Below, piece by piece: positions 9,300 through 17,465 of a stretch of DNA of 32,000 nt. Both the position numbers and the translations under genes were made by a program. Within the stretch, counting starts at the first letter, position 1. The number at the start of each line of letters is the position of its first letter. The DNA comes from Staphylothermus marinus F1 (lineage in GTDB: Archaea > Thermoproteota > Thermoprotei_A > Sulfolobales > Desulfurococcaceae), in contig NC_009033.1 in assembly GCF_000015945.1 (NCBI RefSeq), forward strand, positions 750,001 to 782,000, read 5' to 3'. A model generated the notes under the pieces. It searched no databases, was not told where the DNA came from, and worked only from the letters and a program-made list of their open reading frames with translations.

Positions 9300-11016
9300 G
9301 TCGAAGACTCTGCCTTCTTGGATGCTTAATGACTATATAGTTCTTCGCTCCCGTTTTGGCGAGAAACCTTTCACTGTAGATGAAGCTTCTAAAGTTCTTG
9401 AACGCCCAGTGGATAGTGTAATGACTCTGCTTAGTAGTTTGAGAAAATATGGACTAGTGATCGTAGCGGTAGACCCGAGTAATCCTAGGAGGAAAATATA
9501 TTCTCTCCGCTCAATACCTGTGACGAGGGGAGATCTAGAATCTATTCTGAAAAAGGCTGCCGACCTGATAAGGACGCGTGTGGATTATTCATTCATATTG
9601 GTGCTTTTATTCTATAAGAAGATAAGTGATCAGTGGAAGCTAGAGTTTCAAAGAACATATAAGGAGCTAGTAGAGCAAGGATATGCCTCGGAAGAAGCGA
9701 AGGAACTTGCTAGAGGTAAGTATTTTCACCAGTTCCAAATACCAGAGGAGTATTTATGGGATAATATTGTTAAGCATAAGGGGGAACTACACGAATACTT
9801 CTCTAAAGCATTGAAGAAGATAGGTGAGCTAAACGAGGAACTGCGCCCAATCTTTGACAACTTCGACTTCCATATTTTCGCATCGAACAGGGAGAACAGC
9901 GAAATACTTAGACAACTAGTAGAACTCTTCGATTCTGTACCCCTAATAGATACTTCGCCAGATATACTTGGGGATGCTTATGAATGGTTATTAATGATGT
10001 TTGCCCCGACAAAGGCTAAGGAAGGAGAAGTGTTCACGCCTAGAGAAGTGATTAGGCTACTAGTAGAGATTCTTGATCCCAAGCCAGGCTATAAAATACT
10101 TGACCCCGCAGCTGGTAGTGGGGGCATGCTGATAATAAGCTATAAATACATAGAGGAAAAACATGGGAGGGAAGAAGCCGATAAACTCTATCTCTTCGGG
10201 CAAGAAGCTAATGCCAAAACAGCTGCACTAGCAAAAATGAACATGTACATACACGGCATAGCTAATCAAAAAATAGAGGTAGGAGACTCCCTCCTATACC
10301 CAAAATTCGAACTAGGAGAATGGGACATAGTATTAGCCAACCCACCATGGAACCAGGACGGATACAATGAACAAGTATTGAAGAAGAACGAGAAATACCG
10401 GTTAATATACAAGTATGGATACACCCCCTCACAAACAGCTGATTGGGCATGGATACAGTTAATGCTAGCAGCAGCTAAGCCCCAGGGAAAAGTAGGAGTA
10501 GTAATAGATAACGGCGCACTATTCAGAGGAGGGAGGGAAAAGAGTATAAGAAGCAAGATAATAGAAGAAGACCTAGTAGAAACAGTAATACTTCTACCTG
10601 AAAAACTATTCTACAACACAGGAGCACCTGGAGCAATAATTATATTTAATAAAAACAAGCCGCAGGAGAGAAGAAACAAGATATTATTCATAAATGCAAG
10701 CAACGAATACGAAAAACACCCAAACATAAGAAGACTGAACAGGCTAAGCAAGCAAAACATTGAGAAAATAGCTAAAACATATTACGAATACAAGGAAATA
10801 CCAGGATTCTCAAGAATAGTAGGACTAAGCGAAATAAGAGAAAACAACTACAACCTAAACGTAACCCTATACGTAACACCACCCATAGAAATAGAAGAAA
10901 TAGACCTAGAAAAAGAACTACAAGAACTAATAGAAATAGAAAAACAAGCAAAGACGGCGAGAGACAAAGCAATACAGTACATACAACAAATAATACAAGC
11001 AAACAAACAAAGGTGA
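9298..11016 (+). CDS. hsdM: Type I restriction-modification system, methyltransferase subunit HsdM, with an N-terminal wHTH-like extension
   Basis: 572 aa. SAM motif 'ILDPAAGSGGML'. Catalytic 'LANPPWNQ' (NPPW). HsdM_N-like 'AADLIRTRVDYSFILVLLFYKKISDQW' begins only at about residue 85. GGTGA SD 8 nt upstream of the GTG. Confidence 0.95.
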   Translation: MSKTLPSWMLNDYIVLRSRFGEKPFTVDEASKVLERPVDSVMTLLSSLRKYGLVIVAVDPSNPRRKIYSLRSIPVTRGDLESILKKAADLIRTRVDYSFILVLLFYKKISDQWKLEFQRTYKELVEQGYASEEAKELARGKYFHQFQIPEEYLWDNIVKHKGELHEYFSKALKKIGELNEELRPIFDNFDFHIFASNRENSEILRQLVELFDSVPLIDTSPDILGDAYEWLLMMFAPTKAKEGEVFTPREVIRLLVEILDPKPGYKILDPAAGSGGMLIISYKYIEEKHGREEADKLYLFGQEANAKTAALAKMNMYIHGIANQKIEVGDSLLYPKFELGEWDIVLANPPWNQDGYNEQVLKKNEKYRLIYKYGYTPSQTADWAWIQLMLAAAKPQGKVGVVIDNGALFRGGREKSIRSKIIEEDLVETVILLPEKLFYNTGAPGAIIIFNKNKPQERRNKILFINASNEYEKHPNIRRLNRLSKQNIEKIAKTYYEYKEIPGFSRIVGLSEIRENNYNLNVTLYVTPPIEIEEIDLEKELQELIEIEKQAKTARDKAIQYIQQIIQANKQR

Positions 11017-11023
11017 AAAATAA

Positions 11024-12415
11024 ATGCCCCACAAAACACTAGACGAATACCTAAAACAACAAATAAAAACAACCACAAAACAAGAAACACAAAAAGAAAT
11101 AGAATACAAAATAATAGGTTTCTACAAGGAGACAGACTTCAAAGAAACACCAATAGGAAAAATTCCAAGGGACTGGAACATTATGAGATTAGATGGTCTC
11201 GTTAAAGTCGAAACTGGAAAAAGAGCTAAGGGTGGTGGATTATATAAAGGAAACATAGCAAGCATAGGCGGTGAACACATAGATGATGAAGGAAATATTC
11301 GATGGAATAATATGAAATTTATTACAGAAGATTTTTATAATTCCTTGAGGCAAGGTAAGATAAATATAGGAGATATTCTACTAGTAAAAGATGGCGCGAC
11401 TACTGGTAAAGTTGCAATAGTCAGAGAACTAAAATATAAAAAAGTAGCCGTAAATGAACATGTATTTGTAATAAGAAGCATAACAAAGAAACTGATAAAC
11501 GAGTTTTTGTTTTATTTTCTCTACTCAAAGTTTGGCCAGATGCAAATTAAAACAAGATTTCATGGTATGATAGGCGGGATTACAAGAAATGACTTAAAAT
11601 CAATTCTGATACCGCTTCCTCCCGTCTTAGAACAGCGGAGAATAGTTGAGGTTCTTTCTATTGTTGATGAGGCTATTCAGAAAACTGATGATGTTATAGC
11701 GAAGGTTGAGAGGTTGAAGAAAGCTCTTATGCAGGAGCTTTTAACTGGAAAAGTGAGGATTAAAGTTGAAGATGGAAAAGCTAGGTTTTACAAAGAAACG
11801 AATTTTAAGGATACCAAGATTGGAAAGATTCCAAAAGATTGGGAGGTTATTAGGTTAGTTGACCATGTTTATGTGCTTAAAGGTTACGCTTTTAGTTCAA
11901 AGTTCTTTAACGAAAAGGAACGTGGGATCCCTATAATAAGAATAAGAGATCTAGGTAAAAATAAGACTGAAGCATATTATTCTGGTTCATACGACCCAAA
12001 GTACATCGTGGAAAAAGGAGATTTGCTAATAAGTATGGACGGCGAGTTCAATATATTTCTTTGGAAAGGTCCAAAAGGACTCTTAAATCAAAGAGTGTGT
12101 AAAATTTGGACTAAAGATGCGACAAAATTAGACAACATGTATCTCTATTACGCACTTAAAAAACCACTTAAACTCATTGAAGCTCAGACAAGTCAAACAA
12201 CAGTCAAACATCTTCTCGATAGAGACTTAGAGAGAATTAAAATTCCGCTTCCACCGCTCTCAGAACAACAAAAAATCGCTGAAATCCTATCAACAATTGA
12301 TAAATGGATTAGTCTTGAGCATAGACGAAAGGAGAAATTGAAGGGTTTGAAGAAGGGTTTGATGAATTTGTTGTTGACTGGTAGGATTAGGGTAAGGGTT
12401 GAGCGTGTTTCTTAG
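11024..12415 (+). CDS. hsdS: Type I R-M specificity subunit HsdS (two TRDs)
   Basis: 463 aa. Internal duplication: 'FYKETDFKETPIGKIPRDWNIMRL' / 'FYKETNFKDTKIGKIPKDWEVIRL'. Conserved helical spacers 'IPLPPVLEQRRIVEVL...LMQELLTGKVRIKV' / 'IPLPPLSEQQKIAEIL...LMNLLLTGRIRVRV'. AGGTGA SD upstream. Confidence 0.95.
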   Translation: MPHKTLDEYLKQQIKTTTKQETQKEIEYKIIGFYKETDFKETPIGKIPRDWNIMRLDGLVKVETGKRAKGGGLYKGNIASIGGEHIDDEGNIRWNNMKFITEDFYNSLRQGKINIGDILLVKDGATTGKVAIVRELKYKKVAVNEHVFVIRSITKKLINEFLFYFLYSKFGQMQIKTRFHGMIGGITRNDLKSILIPLPPVLEQRRIVEVLSIVDEAIQKTDDVIAKVERLKKALMQELLTGKVRIKVEDGKARFYKETNFKDTKIGKIPKDWEVIRLVDHVYVLKGYAFSSKFFNEKERGIPIIRIRDLGKNKTEAYYSGSYDPKYIVEKGDLLISMDGEFNIFLWKGPKGLLNQRVCKIWTKDATKLDNMYLYYALKKPLKLIEAQTSQTTVKHLLDRDLERIKIPLPPLSEQQKIAEILSTIDKWISLEHRRKEKLKGLKKGLMNLLLTGRIRVRVERVS

Positions 12416-15400
12416 AGGGGGTGGTTTTTTGGTGAGAGAGAGGGGTCTTGAAGACTTTATTGTTGATGAGCTTGTTAAGCGTGGTTGGAGATATATCGAT
12501 TCTATGAGTCTTGGCAGAGAGGGGTTGGATAAGCCTCTCATCTATAGTGTTTTGAGGCGTAAGATTAGGGAGTTTAATCCTGGTGTTGGTGAAGAGGATG
12601 TTTCTGAGGCTGTTTCTCTTCTTGAGGGGCGTGGTTTTGGGGCTAGTGGTGCTCGTGAGGTTTTAGAGTATCTTAAGTTTGGTGTCCCGGTTAAGCTTGG
12701 TGGGTCGCGTGTTTCTGCTAGGCTTAAACTAATAGATTACAGTGATCTCGGTAGGAATGAGTTTGTTGTTTCTAGACAAGTTATTCATAGGGGTGTCCGG
12801 GAGATCAGGAACGATATTGTTCTATATGTTAATGGTATTCCCCTGGTCAGTATTGAGGTTAAGAATCCTACTGAGCCAGGTGTTTCTTGGCGTGATGCTT
12901 TTCTACAGATTAAACGTTATGAGCATAGTGTTCCCGAGCTGTATAAATATGTTCAGATCGGTGTTGCTATAGGGGCTAGGGCAAAGTACTTCCCCATTAT
13001 ACCATGGGCTGATCCCGGCAAGGTCCCTATTTATGAGTGGAGAGAGGAGGGCTTGGATTCTATAGGTTCGGTCATTGAAATGCTTCGGCCCCATAGGTTC
13101 CTGGATATTCTAAGGTTTTATACGTATTTTAGGATGGAAGAGGGTAGGGAGTCGAAGGTTATTGCTAGGTATATGCAGTATAGAGCTGCTAATAAGATTG
13201 TTGATCGTGTATTGAAGAGGCTTCGCGGCGAAGACAATATTGATCGGGGCCTTATCTGGCATTGGCAGGGTAGTGGTAAAACTTTGACAATGATTTTCGC
13301 CGCTATGAAACTCTACTGGTTGCTTGAAAACCCCATGATCTTCTTCGTTGTTGACAGGATAGAGCTTCAAAACCAGCTATACTATGAGAATCTCACTAAG
13401 CTTGATCTAGGTCCAGAAGTTAAGCCGAAGCTAATCGATAGTATCGATAGGCTCCGACAGGTTTTAAGCTATAATGATTATCGTGGTGAGCCGGGGGTGT
13501 TTGTGGTTACTGTGCAGAAGTTTCAGCCTAGTGAATTCGAGGAGCTCGAGAAATTTCTCAAAGCTATAGCTATGTCTAGGCCCGGCACTGTTATGGATAG
13601 AATGGATATTATCTTATTGGTTGATGAGGCTCATAGGACACAGTATGGTGTATTAGCTGAGCAAATGATGAGGCTTTTAAGGAAAGCTAATTATTTCGCA
13701 TTCACAGGCACACCTGTTCCTAGAAGGAATCCTTTGAAGAACACTTTTGCAAAATTCAGCCCGCCGGGCGAGCTATATCTTGATAAATACTTCATACTAG
13801 ACTCAATAAGAGACAAGTATACTGTGAAAATCGCTTATCAGCCAGGCCCCTTCGATTATAGTCTTAATAAAGAGTTGCTCGAGGAATTCCTGGAATCAGA
13901 GTTTGACGAGCTACCCGAGGAAGTTAGGAGGAGGGTTGAGAGACATGTTGGTAAGGAGCTTGATATACGGAAGTTTAAGGTTTTCCTAGAAAACCCTGAG
14001 AGAATAGATAGGATTGCTAAATATATAGCGGAGCATTTCAGAGAAAATGTTGACGGCAAGTTTAAAGCTATGGTTGTAGCATCTAGTAGGAGAGCCTGCG
14101 TACTATATAAGAGAGCATTAGACAAGTATTTGCCTCCTGAATACAGCGAGGTCGTGATGACGTTTCAAAGCAATGAAAATGATACACTAATAGAGGAGTA
14201 TAAGAGTGAATTAACGAGTAGATACCATGTAATGAATCCTAGGGATGCTGTTCAAAAAATTATAGAGAATTTTAGGACAGAAGATAATCCAAGAATACTG
14301 ATAGTTACAGACATGCTTTTAACAGGTTTCGACGCCCCTATACTTCAAACAATGTATCTCGATAAACCATTGAAGGGGCACAGACTCCTACAAGCTATAG
14401 CGAGAGTTAACAGACCCTATCGTGGAGTTAAAGAATATGGGCTTGTCATAGATTTTGTAGGCATTTTTAGAGAGTTGGAGAAAGCTTTTGCTATGTATGA
14501 GAGAGAAGATCTTAAGGGTGCAGTATTTGATGTTGAAGAAGTTTTAAGAGAGTTTAAGGAAACACTTCAGCACCTCCTACAACTCATTGGTCCAAAACCA
14601 GTTGTGGAGAGCGATGAGGAATTATTTAGATATGTGAGGATTAAGGCGGAGGAGCTAGCTAGGAATAGGAGTTTGGAGAAAGAATTCACTGGGAAATATC
14701 GTGTGCTCCGCAGATTATACGAACTCATCTCTGCAAAGCTTTCAAGAGACGATATTGAACAGTATAAGTGGTTTTCAAACATATATGTATTCTATGTAAA
14801 AAACTTTGTAGGCTCTACTCCAGAAGAGGAACTGGCCGAGAGATATTATAAGAAAACTATTGAAGCTATAAGTCATTCGCTCCAAGTTTTAGAGAAGGAA
14901 GCAGAGTTTTCCCCCATTAAAATAGACCGTGAATTCTTCGAGGAGTTTATACAGAATAAAAACATTGGGCTTGAAGATAAAGCATCAGCTTTAATCATGG
15001 GTATTCATAAGTTTAAACTGTATGCGCATAATGATCCCATCTATGTTTCGGTTGCTGATAAAATAGAGGATCTCATGAGAAAATGGAGGAGGAGGCTGAA
15101 GAACAGTCTCGAACTCTATGAGGAGGCTAAGAGGCTTTGGGAAAAAATATATGCTTTGAAAGAAGAACAAACAAAACTACGTTTTGGACGCAGAGAATAC
15201 CTAGTTTACCGCACACTGGTTGATGCTGGTTTTAAGGAGAAGCATGCATTAGAGGTTACAAATAAGCTTATTGAGAAGTTGAAGGATAAGATCAGCTTGC
15301 ATGGCTGGAGCAAGAATCCCAAGCTCGTTCGTGACGTGGAGAGAATAACTGCTTTGACAATACTGCGAGAAGCCCGCATAGCTGGTTTTACAATAGACCA

Positions 15401-15461
15401 GGCAAGGAAACTAATAGACCTATTGGTTAAGAGGCTTGAGAAAAGTGACATCGAACAATGA
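12399..15461 (+). CDS. hsdR: Type I R-M restriction subunit HsdR (nuclease + SF2 helicase)
   Basis: PD-(D/E)xK-like 'DIVLYVNGIPLVSIEVK'. Walker A 'WQGSGKT'. DEAH 'LVDEAHRTQ'. 'MLLTGFDAP'. 'QAIARVNR'. Long helical C-terminal domain. The start is uncertain: TTG 12399 overlaps the hsdS stop, while GTG 12432 is preceded by 'GGGGGTGG'. Confidence 0.95.
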   Translation: MSVFLRGGGFLVRERGLEDFIVDELVKRGWRYIDSMSLGREGLDKPLIYSVLRRKIREFNPGVGEEDVSEAVSLLEGRGFGASGAREVLEYLKFGVPVKLGGSRVSARLKLIDYSDLGRNEFVVSRQVIHRGVREIRNDIVLYVNGIPLVSIEVKNPTEPGVSWRDAFLQIKRYEHSVPELYKYVQIGVAIGARAKYFPIIPWADPGKVPIYEWREEGLDSIGSVIEMLRPHRFLDILRFYTYFRMEEGRESKVIARYMQYRAANKIVDRVLKRLRGEDNIDRGLIWHWQGSGKTLTMIFAAMKLYWLLENPMIFFVVDRIELQNQLYYENLTKLDLGPEVKPKLIDSIDRLRQVLSYNDYRGEPGVFVVTVQKFQPSEFEELEKFLKAIAMSRPGTVMDRMDIILLVDEAHRTQYGVLAEQMMRLLRKANYFAFTGTPVPRRNPLKNTFAKFSPPGELYLDKYFILDSIRDKYTVKIAYQPGPFDYSLNKELLEEFLESEFDELPEEVRRRVERHVGKELDIRKFKVFLENPERIDRIAKYIAEHFRENVDGKFKAMVVASSRRACVLYKRALDKYLPPEYSEVVMTFQSNENDTLIEEYKSELTSRYHVMNPRDAVQKIIENFRTEDNPRILIVTDMLLTGFDAPILQTMYLDKPLKGHRLLQAIARVNRPYRGVKEYGLVIDFVGIFRELEKAFAMYEREDLKGAVFDVEEVLREFKETLQHLLQLIGPKPVVESDEELFRYVRIKAEELARNRSLEKEFTGKYRVLRRLYELISAKLSRDDIEQYKWFSNIYVFYVKNFVGSTPEEELAERYYKKTIEAISHSLQVLEKEAEFSPIKIDREFFEEFIQNKNIGLEDKASALIMGIHKFKLYAHNDPIYVSVADKIEDLMRKWRRRLKNSLELYEEAKRLWEKIYALKEEQTKLRFGRREYLVYRTLVDAGFKEKHALEVTNKLIEKLKDKISLHGWSKNPKLVRDVERITALTILREARIAGFTIDQARKLIDLLVKRLEKSDIEQ

Positions 15462-15465
15462 GAAT

Positions 15466-16002
15466 ATGTGGAGAATACAGATAAAATATTCTATGAACAA
15501 GAATCCCAAGCTCGAGGTTAAACCATGGGGAATACAGATTATACTCCCAGAAAACATGGATAGAAGAGAGGCATATAGTATTATAGAAAAACATAAGTCA
15601 TGGATTAAGAAGAAAACGATGGAACTCCAGGAAGCATTAGAGCGTTCAAGAAATATTAAATTGGTAAAGAGAAGCAAAGCAGAGTTCAAGAACCTTGTCA
15701 AAAAGCTTTTAGATCAGGTGGCAAGAGATGAACTAGGAATAAATCCTTGTAAAGTCGTTATAAGGAAAATGAAAACTAGATGGGCTAGTTGTAGCCCGAA
15801 AGGTGTTATCACAGTAAATTCGCTTGCCAGATATCTTCCCGACAACTTGGTATTATATATAATATACCATGAAATCTGCCACATAATTGAGCCAAAACAC
15901 AACAAAGATTTCTGGACATGTGTTCAAAAATATTATCCAAACTATAAAGAACTAGAAAAAGAACTGCTAGCATATGAAGTGAAGTTATTGGTGCAAATGT
16001 AA
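15466..16002 (+). CDS. DUF45/YgjP-like (M48-like) HExxH zinc metallopeptidase, coupled to hsdR
   Basis: 'RKMKTRWASCSPKGVITVN' and 'YIIYHEICHIIEPKHNKDFW' (HExxH) are the DUF45 signature. The ATG lies 4 nt after the hsdR stop (the track's alternative start is 15436). Confidence 0.8.
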   Translation: MWRIQIKYSMNKNPKLEVKPWGIQIILPENMDRREAYSIIEKHKSWIKKKTMELQEALERSRNIKLVKRSKAEFKNLVKKLLDQVARDELGINPCKVVIRKMKTRWASCSPKGVITVNSLARYLPDNLVLYIIYHEICHIIEPKHNKDFWTCVQKYYPNYKELEKELLAYEVKLLVQM

Positions 16003-16149
16003 GATAAAAACGAAAAATGATAAAAATCTTAGTGATCAGTGGTAAACCGCTATAAAAGCTAATATATAAAATATAAATTATTAGAAATATATTTTGATGG
16101 AGCACTGGTAATTCTTGGCTAAGATCTAAGATTATAAGGTGATAATATA

Positions 16150-16398
16150 ATGAGGGTTGGCGACGCTATATTGCTTATTACTGGTATCCTAGGTAGTGTT
16201 AGAGGTACTACTAGGTTACATAAGCTAGTTTTCCTCCTTGCTATAGAAGGTAAGATCGATATTGGAGCCGAATTTATACCTTACTATTATGGGCCTTGGT
16301 CACCTGATGTTCAAGAAGCTATTACTTCTCTGATTAAAGAAGGTCTTATTAGTGTTATTAGTGAGAATGATCAACTAAGAATATCTAGACACATCTAG
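16150..16398 (+). CDS. Short ORF with a SocA/Panacea (DUF4065)-like N-terminal pattern, probably truncated
   Basis: 82 aa. 'TRLHKLVFLLAIEG...FIPYYYGPWSPDVQEAITSLIKEGLI' resembles the k-L-q-K-L-l-y ... y-G-P-v-s-x-x-v pattern. The ORF ends 15 nt before an IS-end repeat. The family call is tentative. Confidence 0.4.
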   Translation: MRVGDAILLITGILGSVRGTTRLHKLVFLLAIEGKIDIGAEFIPYYYGPWSPDVQEAITSLIKEGLISVISENDQLRISRHI

Positions 16399-16412
16399 TT
16401 CTATACAGTTGA

Positions 16413-16596
16413 AGACTATTCGCTTATCTGGATACTATGGTTGTTTGGTTCACTCTAGTTAAATACATCATACAATTATAAAACTACATAAGCATTTCCC
16501 ATAATCAGCAGAAACAATACATTAACAACTATAATAACCCACTAAATCCCTGAGAACTACACTAACAATACTTATATAGCAGGAGTCAACACTAGC
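16413..16596 (+). repeat. IS LE copy fused to AC-rich repeat 'R2', copy 2 (right flank of the R-M cassette)
   Basis: 'agactattcgcttatctggatactatggttgtttggttcact' is LE-like, as at 17769. It runs directly into the R2 sequence, matching 8778-8943. Confidence 0.8.
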
Positions 16597-16615
16597 ATTA
16601 CCAATTATAAAACAA

Positions 16616-16681
16616 ATGATTTTCGCCGCTATGAAGCTTTACTGATTGCTTGAGAACCCTCATGATCTTCTTCGTTGTTGA
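16616..16681 (+). pseudogene. Decayed 65-nt relic copy of an internal hsdR segment
   Basis: Aligns with hsdR 13290-13354 ('atgattttcgccgctatgaa.ct.tactg.ttgcttga.aaccc..atgatcttcttcgttgttga') with about 5 substitutions and 1 indel. These create a TGG->TGA stop and a frameshift. Confidence 0.75.
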
Positions 16682-16728
16682 AAATACGTATAGACATATT
16701 AGTCGGTACAGTTATATCTATTATTCGG

Positions 16729-17157
16729 GTGAAAAGGTTGGCTTCTAAAAAGTTGTTGGAATTGTTAAATGAAGCTATAGCTAGAGAGCTACAGGTTTCG
16801 ATCCAATATATGTGGCAACATGTTCTTTGGAAGGGTGTGAAGGGGTTTGCTGTTAAGGATGAGTTAAAGAAGATTGCGATTACTGAGATGAAGCATGCGG
16901 AGGCTATTGCTGAGAGGCTTGTTTATCTTGGCGGCATACCTACAACTAAGCCATCACCAGTATTTGTTGGTGAGAACCTCAAGGAAATGCTGGAACAAGA
17001 TGTGAAAGATGAGGAGAAAGCAATACAGTTGTACAAGGAAATAATAAAAGTTGCTAGAGAAGAGGGAGACATAACAACAGCTAGATTATTCGAGGATATC
17101 TTGGCCGATGAAGAAGAACACCATGACATATTCACGAGTTTATTAGAGGAAATATAG
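16729..17157 (+). CDS. Bacterioferritin-like ferritin-family di-iron protein
   Basis: 'LLELLNEAIARELQVSIQYMWQH', 'EMKHAEAIAERL' and 'DEEEHHDIF' are ferritin-like ExxH di-iron motifs. The start is probably GTG 16729 or TTG 16738. The track start at 16675 reads through the hsdR relic. Confidence 0.85.
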   Translation: MKRLASKKLLELLNEAIARELQVSIQYMWQHVLWKGVKGFAVKDELKKIAITEMKHAEAIAERLVYLGGIPTTKPSPVFVGENLKEMLEQDVKDEEKAIQLYKEIIKVAREEGDITTARLFEDILADEEEHHDIFTSLLEEI

Positions 17158-17200
17158 AAACACTACACTAAATAACTAACACATATAGAGGTAGAAGAGG

Positions 17201-17207
17201 TTTTTTT
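17201..17207 (+). terminator. Oligo-T tract (archaeal-type terminator) after the ferritin gene
   Basis: A T7 run 44 nt after the stop ('gaggtagaagaggttttttta'). Confidence 0.4.
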
Positions 17208-17332
17208 ATTATAATAACATTCCTAATTACCATATTAAAATAACAAAAATACCGATACCAGTAGGCAATGAAGATATTAATATAACAGGTTCTAAACAAG
17301 CAATAAAAATATCTTTATCCAGGCCAAAACCG

Positions 17333-17348
17333 TATAAAAGATTTAAAC
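17333..17348 (+). promoter_or_regulatory. TATA-like element upstream of tRNA-Leu
   Basis: 'tataaaagatttaaac' lies 30-45 nt upstream of the mature tRNA 5' end. Confidence 0.4.
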
Positions 17349-17377
17349 CCATAATGATAAACTAACAATATAATGGT

Positions 17378-17465
17378 GCGGGGGTGCCCGAGCCTGGTCA
17401 AAGGGGCCGGGTTGAGGACCCGGTGGCGTAGGCCTGCGTGGGTTCAAATCCCACCCCCCGCACCA
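17378..17465 (+). tRNA. tRNA-Leu (anticodon GAG), long variable arm, genomically encoded CCA
   Basis: Acceptor GCGGGGG/CCCCCGC. Anticodon stem CCGGG/CCCGG with loop TTGAGGA. Variable-arm hairpin GGC-gtag-GCC. T arm GTGGG-TTCAAAT-CCCAC. Discriminator A followed by CCA. This is the most GC-rich patch of the window. Confidence 0.93.

Noticed and set aside
10262-11109. Five minus-strand ORFs (60-96 aa) antisense to hsdM/hsdS
   Set aside because: They are artefacts of the T-poor plus strand, which leaves no stop codons on the complement. Their translations are low-complexity Leu/Phe/Cys/Val strings, and they are fully embedded in well-supported hsdM/hsdS genes.
11100-12400. The AC->GT skew switch read as a replication-origin signature
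   Set aside because: The switch lies inside hsdS. There are no ORB-like repeats, no AT-rich unwinding element and no cdc6/orc1 gene nearby. The skew patches are only about 1 kb long, so mosaicism or local mutation bias is more plausible.
12742-15701. Short ORFs nested in or antisense to hsdR and the DUF45 gene
   Set aside because: All are embedded in long, motif-supported genes. None has an independent signal.
16675-16728. N-terminal extension of the ferritin ORF
   Set aside because: It begins inside the decayed hsdR relic. The ferritin-family N-terminus ('ASKKLLELLNEAIA') starts at 16729/16738.
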